DNA of 58,654 nt, taken from assembly GCA_001938485.1 (NCBI GenBank), contig MQRK01182744.1:2648-61301 (forward strand). The letters run 5' to 3'. The position numbers and the translations under genes are program-made. The notes below the pieces were generated by a model. That model did no database searches. It was given only the letters and a program-made list of their open reading frames with translations, and was not told where the DNA came from. Origin of the DNA: Girardia tigrina. Lineage: Eukaryota. Position 1 is the first letter of the stretch. The number at the start of each line of letters is the position of its first letter. This document shows, piece by piece, positions 50,271 to 58,654 of this stretch.

Positions 50271-53200
50271 TTATATTTTTTCTCTATCTATAAACACTGG
50301 TGGAATATCATCATTAATAGGACCAAACTTTTCGGCTTCCCATCTTTTTTCGGGTTCCTTTTCTTCATCTTCTTTCTAGAAATGCAAAATTTTAATTTGT
50401 TCTCAATTTAGGAACATATACAATGATTCTTAATTTAAAATTCCGATTGCTTATAGAAATATGATAGAATGAATATGAATATTTTATGAAGTTTTGTTTT
50501 CTGCATTTTCACTATTATACACGTAATAATTAAGTTTTTGAAAATATTTCGGGGAGGAAGGATTGATCCCGATACCCCCTCCTTAGATACCGCCTCACGT
50601 AATTCTTTTATAAAATTCTAATTAAAAATTTTATTTTATATTAAATTATCTCTGAAAATGAAGTTAAAATACATAAAGGGTTTCTAAAAGGTTTATTAAA
50701 TATTTTGAATTATATAAAGAGTTAAATTTATTTTTTATTATTATACCCTCATTCTTATATTTAACTAAAATTTCGATATCACTTTGAAATTTTTAATAAC
50801 ACAAATTTCGATGTATCTCTTTTTTTTAATTAAAAAATTATCAATTTAAAGAAACTTTCTATTGTTTTTATACAAAACAAAGTTAAGATTAAGGACCGAA
50901 ATCTTCAATCAGTAATATGTTTGTATAGAAAGGATAATTTTCATATATCAGTTCAAACATTTTCAAACATGGTTTTTAACAAAATATATTATTGAACATA
51001 CCTTTTTTCCTTTTTTAATCATTCCATCTTGTTGGCAATGGACGTGGCCGAATACGTACTTACCCTTTTCTATTATCTGTAATTATTAATTCATTTTAAA
51101 TGTTTAGAAAAAATACACTTTCTTAAATAAATGAAAAATATTTATACCTGTTGCACATGCGATTTTATTGCAGAAATGATAAAAACTATTTGCAAAGTAT
51201 ATGAAAAAAGTTCAGGGCAGTCAAAGAAATATAACGTAATATATTCGTCTAAAAAGTGTGTTTGTTTGTATGTTTGTCGGTCACGCTATGAAATGTGACA
51301 TTGCACAGGAACCTGAGTGAATGCACTTAAGAACATAGTTAATCTGGATAGCCCGCATCGAGAGGGTTCTGTCGGTACATCAACTTTGCCGAAAGACGCT
51401 TGGAAGCAGACGAAATCGACCGAAAATCGTGCAGATCGTTAAATTGTTAAGTCAATACCAATTTTGAATAATGACAATTTGGAGGATTCCTACAAGGAAT
51501 TTCGTGAATTTTTTTATGAAAACTTTTTTATAAAATACTAATTTATTTGATAAATGACGATTTCTATCTCTTATTTACTTATAATATTGCTAAACACAAT
51601 TTAGTATAACTTTGCAAATTTTCGTTATTAATAAATAATATCGACATTTAATGAATGGATGTCACGAATTTTACTCCTCAAAATCAAAGGAGTGACACTG
51701 ATATGGAATAGAAAACATTCATGTTTGTAAAGTGTTCACTATGCACATCATTAAATAAGAATGAATAATTTATAAAATTATTAGAAAATATAAATATTTG
51801 CATAATTCATTAAGAATATCGAATGAAATTTTCGTTTCCTCTCATTAGGAAAAATATCTCAAGTGATTAGTTTCGTTGGACTTACGATTTTTGTTATTTC
51901 CGATAATGTTTTTGTAATTGTTAATTATTTTTTCACAAAAACATTATTTTGACTTCTCCATTTTAAAAAATTGTAGTAGACTCAAACGAAAAAGATAGAC
52001 ATGTCGTTTATAGTATACCTTATTGAATTTTATTAATAATAAAACATTTTATTAATAGCAATCAACTATTATTTTTTAATTGTTTCAACAAAGTGAACAA
52101 CGAGAAAATATCATGCAAGTAACAATTTAATTAATTAAAATTCACTACACGTTTCGTTCTCGACAGAACATCATCAGGTGGATCGTCGATTGAGAGAACA
52201 ATTATTAAACATTCAAAACAAATTGAATCGTCTGTATCAAACAGAAATTTTCTTTATCAGAATTCTGATTGGATAATATAAAATACTAATAAATATAGTA
52301 ACTATATATTTCAAAAACCCCAATTTAACGTTTAATAATTATGCCAAATATTAAATTCACTTCAACATTAAAAAACTAATAATATAAAAATGTCTTATGA
52401 TAAACAATTATTCGAACAAATTTTCATTTAAAATGATTTTCAGATTTTATTTAAAAATTCTACTTATAATTTCGGTAATAATTTTAAAAAAATATTAATT
52501 TAATTTTAAAAATGATTTAATTTAAAGAAAAACATTTTTCTAATGAATTTAAAAATAAGTTAAAAGTTATTTACTTTATTAAAATTTTAAAATATCAAAA
52601 TATCATATTAAAATATCAAAAAATTTAAAATTCATCAACAGTAATTTAAAATGCAAACTATGCTCTAATAACTATTCATCGAGAACATCCAAAATATCAA
52701 TTTTCCATCTCGGTGGGAGAAACACATTTCCAAATACTAAACTCAAACAAAATTCATCATTCTAATTTAAACTTACCAAATTTAAAATATTCTTCACATA
52801 TATTGTTTGATTGTAAAAAGGGGGAGGGGTGATCAGACCGTCGATTGAACAACATCACCATTGATTCAAAGAATACCTCTATCACAAATAATGCATTAAC
52901 GGTCTAGTGACGATTCAGTTTCTTTCAAACATTCGGACGGTGCTGTGGAAATATACAATGAAAATTTAAAAGATTTGATAATTGTAAAAAAAGAGCCTAT
53001 TGTCAAATCGACATAGACGGATCGGGAACGATAACCGCTGAAGAATTACGAGCTTATAAGTCCGAAAACAACTATCAAGAGGATTTCGTTCAAAAATGAT
53101 TCAACCTATTTTGATAAAAAATAATACTGGAAAAATATTGTTTTTCTTGTATCCGATGATTAAATCATTGAAAATTTAGCACAATATCATTGCTTCTAAA

Positions 53201-56200
53201 TCATATACAAAATTCACCAAGTTTGCACTAAATATTGACATTTATTTTCTTCGAATTAAGCTCGGAAAAATAATTCATTAGATGAATTCAGTATTATAAC
53301 GTCAACAATGTCAAAAACTAATGAGGGAGATGTTCTTCAAATAATTAAAAAGGCTCGTGATTTATATGCAAACTCGTTCAATGAACAATCGACATGTATC
53401 AAGCCAAATTTGGATATTGTTCTTGTGGCCACATGGCACTGTATTATTACAAACGGACAATATTGGGCATTTTATTCGTTTGAACCTAAATCATCGATTG
53501 CAGTCAAAGTAGATAATTTAATCTATTTGATGTGGCACACTCCATATACTGATTGTTGATGAATCGAATTTACTGTTTTTTATATTATATTCAAAGAATT
53601 TTAAATATATTTTAAATAAAAGTTAAAAAAATAAAAAGATAATAAAAAACAAAAAAAGAAAAATAACAATTTGAATATAAAATTCAAGTAGATTCGAGTT
53701 CATGCCATGCGGCGTGAGGTCATTTTGACCTAATTTGACCCATTGTGATTGGTCAAAATTTTGTCTGGTGGCCCAATTTGATTGGCCAATTTAAATTTGT
53801 GAAATTGTTCTCGATGATAATTTATGCAGCCAGTTTTTTTATGATTTTTTTGTGAATGATGTTCGAGAAATTTGTGAATATTACAGATTAAAAGTTCGTT
53901 GTTTCAAAGGTTCAAAATGTATGGACCGTCACGTTACGCATTCAGATAGTGAAGATGATAATGACGATGATAATGAATTTAATTGGATAAAATCAGTTTC
54001 ATATATGAACAAATCACTTGAAAGACATTTGCGGAATGGATCAACTATCGCAATGAGAGTTAGCTCAATATATACTGCTGGAGTGTTCCATGCATATTCA
54101 ATTCACAGAAAAAAAATGGATTTGATCTTGACTCTTACGAACTTAAACATACGGATGATGATAATGATCGAATAAGCGAGTCAGGGAACGAGGGTGATAA
54201 AAGTGAGATTACGTTATGTTTCTCTCCTCCCTGCCCCGGAACCTCTGATTTCCCAACCCTGGAAACCCGCAGCCATGCTGCGCCCGCTCTCATACCAACA
54301 TACATATTTTTTAAAAATTAAATAAAACATAATTTTGTTAAAAATATTACGTATATAATAAATATACAAATATTTAAAGAAAATAATATAAAATTAAAAA
54401 GGTTTTTTAAATATACATTTAAAACTAAAAACAAATTTTCACTAATATAATAAACAAAAATATATAGTTAATTATTCAAATTTAAACATAATTGACTTAT
54501 CACAATGTCAAATAAAATTATTAAACATTGTGACAGGTTTACTATTTCCCTTTTGAACGTTTATGAACCGGTTATGATGTCTGATCAATAGTGACTCGCG
54601 AAACTGCCTTACCAATTATTATTTATTAAATGTTATAAATTCATTAAAAAATATCCAAAAGAATTATGGATGTGATTCTCCCAAAGAGATTTATTGGTAT
54701 TTTTTAATTTTTAAAGCAATTTTGGAAATCGAATTTTCAAATAATCATTATTATCTTCAAGCGATTATTACTGGAAATCAACACATAATTTAATGATGAA
54801 AAATGATGGAGGGGTCTCTTCAACCAAGTCTCCGGTTACATTTTCATTGCATTCATTCCTTTCTTATTCAGAGAATCTTTCACTGGGATTTTATTTCCCA
54901 TAATTCGATTTATTCTATTATATTACAATAATTCTCAAGTAAAACTTTTAATGATTATATTTTAAAATAATTATATTATCATTAATACCTAATGACATTT
55001 AATATAAAAATCAAGTCGCAGTTTATGTTTAAATTCTTATTTATACACATGTTACTGCATTTGTTTTACTTTTGATATTACTCTTCTAGTTTTGAAATAA
55101 CTTGGTTGTGTCAGATGACATCCTCCTAAATGTATCTTATAATAATTAAGATGACCAAACTCAAAATTCCAAGGTTTACAATTTAAATTATATGTATGAG
55201 TAATTAGTGAAAATTTTCAATTCACCAAGTAATTTACAAAAATTTATAATTTAAAATTTTAACAAAACTTAAATAACTACGTAAAACATAAAAATTACAT
55301 CAAGTTTATTATGAGGAGGTAATTAATTTTTGGTTCGCTGATCAAATTTAAATAGTTTTAAAAATATTATTTTGAATTAAAATCAAATTGAAAAATTTAA
55401 AAATTAATTTGAATTGAAAAAAACATTCTTTTTTAAAAACTTTTATTAATATTTGTGAAAATATTTTTTCTATTTTTGAATTAATTTAATGATATGATTA
55501 AAAGATTAAATATTTAAAAAAATAAAAGATTGAATATTAAATATAACGTATTTTCAAAATTTCTAAAATAGTAAAATATTAAAAAATCGTTTTTGAAAAA
55601 AACAACCCAAAATTAAAAAAAACAACATATAAGATTTCAGTTGAAAAACAAAATTATAAAAACAGAATAAAAGTATTAAAGTAAAAAAAACATATTTAAA
55701 CATTAAATAATTTTTAAAAAATTTTAATATATGTGAAATTATTTTGATAAATATTTTTGTTTATAAATTTAAAAAAGTTGAATGTTGTTTTGACTTCATT
55801 AAAATTATAAATATATGAAAAAATATTTGAAAATAGAGATCAGCGGATTAATTATTAATTAGGAAAATAGTTGGAAAATTTGTTTGAAAGTTGTTTTATA
55901 ATTATTAACAACATCAATATGAGTTTTGCAACATTTATTATTATCGCAAGCGCATTCACTATTTGACATCTCTCTTGATCAATATATTTCTGAGTTCAAA
56001 CTAATTATTTTCAATAAATGAAAATCTGTTAATAAAAATTATTAATTATAAAGAATGTAATTGGTTGAAATTAAATCTAAACATTTTTAAAAAAGAACAT
56101 ATTAAATTAATATATTAAAATTTTAAATTACATTAAAAAATAAATAATACATTCAAAAATTATTTTAAATCTTTTTACTTTAAAATTAAATTATTTTTAC

Positions 56201-58149
56201 TTAGTGGGAATCAAAGAAAATATCAATCATCCATCTGTGTAGGAGAGGCATAATCCGAATCAACACACAACATGCACAATATCAACACACAATTCAAAAC
56301 ATTCCTCACAATAATAAAGAACGTCACAAACACTTCTCAAATTTATGGAACTAAAAAGTAAAAAAATGATTTTTTAAAAAACTGTATATAATTAAAATAA
56401 ACAAAAATCGTAAGTTAAAAAGTTTACATAATTAAAACCAATTTATTTTAAAAAGAAAATATTTAGTAAACATTTTGAAATAATTAAAGAAGTAAAAAAA
56501 AGGATTCACAACTGTAACCTTTTCGATATAGAATGTACTAAATACATAGTCTAAGTTTTTCAAGAATCTGTAACTGCTACAAAACTTTGAATAATATGAC
56601 ATTTGAATTTGTGAGGTTTTAAAATATTATTTGTCGGACTTTGCTGATAATAATCATCATTAAATTAAACATTTTATTAGGTTATCAAGTATGCAATTTG
56701 TAGGCATGATTACAATAAATTCAAATATTTATAATTTGACAATTACTTCACATTTTGTTGCTCAGTTTTTTTTTGTTTCAAACTATTAGGAAGTACGAAT
56801 TTCTACGTAGAACCTAAGCATCAGAAAAAACATATAAAACATCAATAGCGTGTTCGTATACAATGCTACTATGCAGCAGGCAGACTCAAATTGGTTTAAG
56901 AAATTCGTGAAAGGTAATTTTAACCTCAATAATGAGTCTCGGGGTTGCCCAGGAACACTGGTAGGTAGTTATGACCTTAAGGCAATCATAGAGTCTGATC
57001 AATCCCAAAGTGCTCATGATATATAGCCAACGTTTGATGTTACAATGCAAACAATATTGAATCACATGGATCAAATTAGTAAAGCGAAAAAGTTGGATAA
57101 GTGGATTCTACATGAGGTGAATAAAAAGCAGAAACAAAAGCTTTTGGATGCTTGTTTGGTGATGCTTTTCGTTATAAATGTAATCACTTTTGAATCGAAT
57201 AGTCATTTGTGGTAAGAAGTACATCTGATATGATAATCACAAACTTTAAGCAAGCTGGAAAGACACGAATTAAGCACTGAATCACAGTTCAAAGTACAAC
57301 ATTCATCAAAAGAAGCTGGTGGTGAGTGTTTGTTGTGTGTTGAAAGTGTAATCCATGATGATTTCATGAAACCTGGTTTGCTGATAACAGCAGATGTCTA
57401 CTGCAACCAATTGAAAGATGTGATGCAGAAACACAAAGTAAAAACAGAGGCCCTTGTAAACATTTAAATAGATTAAATATCATAAAATTATTATTCAAAT
57501 TTACTTCATTGTCTTTCCAATATCCGATATATTTGTGGTTTGCATGCACGAGTTGTCCGTGTCCTTCCATCTTTCCCTCAGTCCATACTCCCTCATATCT
57601 ACTACCATTTACTGCATAGAAGTAAATTCCTTGTCCGTGTCTTTTGCCATCTCGCCATTCTCCTTCGTAATAATCTCCGTTAATATAATAGTATTTCCCT
57701 ATGCCATTTCTTTCATCGTTTGCCCAATCACCTTTTATACTTATAAAAAGCATCATAAAGATGTTAACGATACCTTCATATTTACTTCCGTCTAAATAAT
57801 AGAAAATTCCTTTTCCACATTTTATGTTTTCCTTATATTCACCAATATAACGAGCTCCACTTTTAAATCTACGTATTTTAAATTATATCATTTTCCCGAT
57901 CATTTTATCCTTTAAAAACCAACATATATGTACCATTTCCATCGCGTTTTCCTTCCTTATAAAAACCTTCATAAACATCCCCATTAGGCAGTCTGGCTTT
58001 TCCAAATCCGTGTCGCTCTTCTTTTTCATTTCTTTCACCAACATATGTCTGGTTTAATTACGATAAAATCATTTTACTGTAATTTAATAACGAACTCCCA
58101 AGTTGGGTAATCCTTCTTCCTCCATATTTTCATCTTCAATATCAGACAT
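50271..58149 (-). CDS. RSPH1: Radial spoke head 1 homolog (MORN repeats), 6 exons, about 226 aa
   Basis: Exons 58149-58096, 58048-57924, 57868-57774, 57731-57505, 51076-51002, 50375-50271; all GT-AG, phase-consistent, 681 nt. Protein: MSDIEDE...[27 protein letters not shown]...[11 protein letters not shown]...GSRYEGVW...HANHKYIG...[14 protein letters not shown]...[11 protein letters not shown]...*. Confidence 0.92.
52140..52183 (-). ncRNA. Minimal type-I hammerhead ribozyme (Penelope-like element 3' terminus)
   Basis: - strand: ATCCAC-CTGATGA-T-GTTCT GTCG AGAAC-GAAA-CGTG-TA-GTGAAT. Intact core, perfect 5-bp stem II, stem I CAC/GTG, GUA cleavage triplet. Confidence 0.8.
52992..53559 (+). pseudogene. 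Tegumental-allergen-like (TAL; EF-hand + dynein light chain) pseudogene inside RSPH1 intron 4
   Basis: [22 protein letters not shown]...EDFVQK*FNLF/DKNNTGKI: EF-hands with TGA at 53097 in place of a Trp, plus a frameshift. Then a DLC-like domain ...[19 protein letters not shown]...YLMWHTP. Confidence 0.75.
56677..57460 (+). mobile_element. 5' part of a mariner (same family as 35853-36746)
   Basis: Shares CAAGTATGxAATTTGTAGGCATGATTACAATAAATTCAA and internal blocks with that copy; motifs [10 protein letters not shown] and [10 protein letters not shown]. Confidence 0.8.
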
Positions 58150-58351
58150 TTTCGTTGGCCTTTTTTTAGTATAAAATAAGATTTAAAAGCAATTTAATAT
58201 TAATCAATATTTTTATATTTTATATTGATTTACTGCTTTTTATCAGAATTTAACATTTAAATATAAAATAAGGACTTATGTTTTGAACATTTTTCTTATC
58301 ATATTTTTCCAATTATTGTTTTTCTGTGAAAAGCGTAAACCATATTTTAGG

Positions 58352-58365
58352 TAAACCATAGCATC
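58352..58365 (-). promoter_or_regulatory. Degenerate RFX X-box, about 200 bp upstream of the RSPH1 ATG
   Basis: - strand GATGCTATGGTTTA versus X-box GTTGCTATGGTAAC. Confidence 0.35.
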
Positions 58366-58558
58366 GATAAATTTCATTTGACTTCTTCTTTCGTTGATCA
58401 GAACCGATGTCATACTGGCTAATAATTCATTGTTAAATTGTCCTAAAGTTTTTTTTGGTCTTTTCGTTCATTCCGACCATTCTCAACTTCCTTTTCCTTC
58501 CTTCCAAAGTAGGGGAAAAATGTATGTTCTCCACCACCCCCCCCAGGGGTTGTAATTA

Positions 58559-58654
58559 GTTACCGTGGTTGCCATGGCAACGGTCGCGGTTACCATGGCA
58601 ACGGTCGCGGTTGCCATGGCAACGGCCGCGATCACCTTAGCAACGGTCGCGGTT
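58559..58654. repeat. 21-bp tandem repeat, each unit carrying an RFX X-box
   Basis: Unit GGTTGCCATGGCAACGGTCGC. X-boxes at 58568-58581 (GTTGCCATGGCAAC), 58589-58602 (GTTACCATGGCAAC), 58610-58623 (GTTGCCATGGCAAC) and 58631-58644 (ATCACCTTAGCAAC); a fifth starts at 58652. Confidence 0.9.

Noticed and set aside
50271-50375. Initially read as a Polinton ATPase fragment (...INDD)
   Set aside because: It splices in phase as the last RSPH1 exon and matches the acidic/W motif of RSPH1.
58559-58654. CRISPR-like palindromic repeat array
   Set aside because: Spacers are only 7 bp and nearly invariant, the context is eukaryotic, and there are no cas genes.
1-58654. tRNA, rRNA, snRNA or spliced-leader RNA genes
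   Set aside because: No cloverleaf, A/B-box pair or recognisable conserved RNA sequence was seen by eye; a tRNAscan-SE/Infernal run would be needed to exclude them fully.

Overview
AT-rich, repeat-dense eukaryotic DNA with short (42-60 nt) introns. An EF-hand + dynein-light-chain (TAL-type) gene remnant suggests a flatworm; this is an inference. Three host genes are supported. (1) The first coding exon of a Kv2/Shab potassium channel (-, continues off the left edge). (2) A complete 19-exon CFAP69 (+, 14661-37835, about 981 aa). (3) A complete 6-exon RSPH1 (-, 58149-50271, about 226 aa). The two motile-cilia genes converge, and each has an RFX X-box-like site upstream. About 420 bp upstream of RSPH1 is a 21-bp-period tandem array of near-perfect X-boxes that runs off the window. 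Introns and intergenic DNA are full of mobile DNA: a gag-only LTR element with intact TSD that splits a PKA-RII-like ORF in frame; a three-level nest (Stowaway-like MITE > Buster hAT > C2H2 zinc-finger ORF); mariner/Tc1, PIF, piggyBac and MULE pieces; NeSL-like and Penelope-like retroelement remnants (the latter with minimal hammerhead ribozymes); and probable Polinton capsid fragments. There are also several decayed host-gene copies (RII-like, ubiquitin, SBDS, TAL). All family assignments come from motif recognition by eye; no database search was run.
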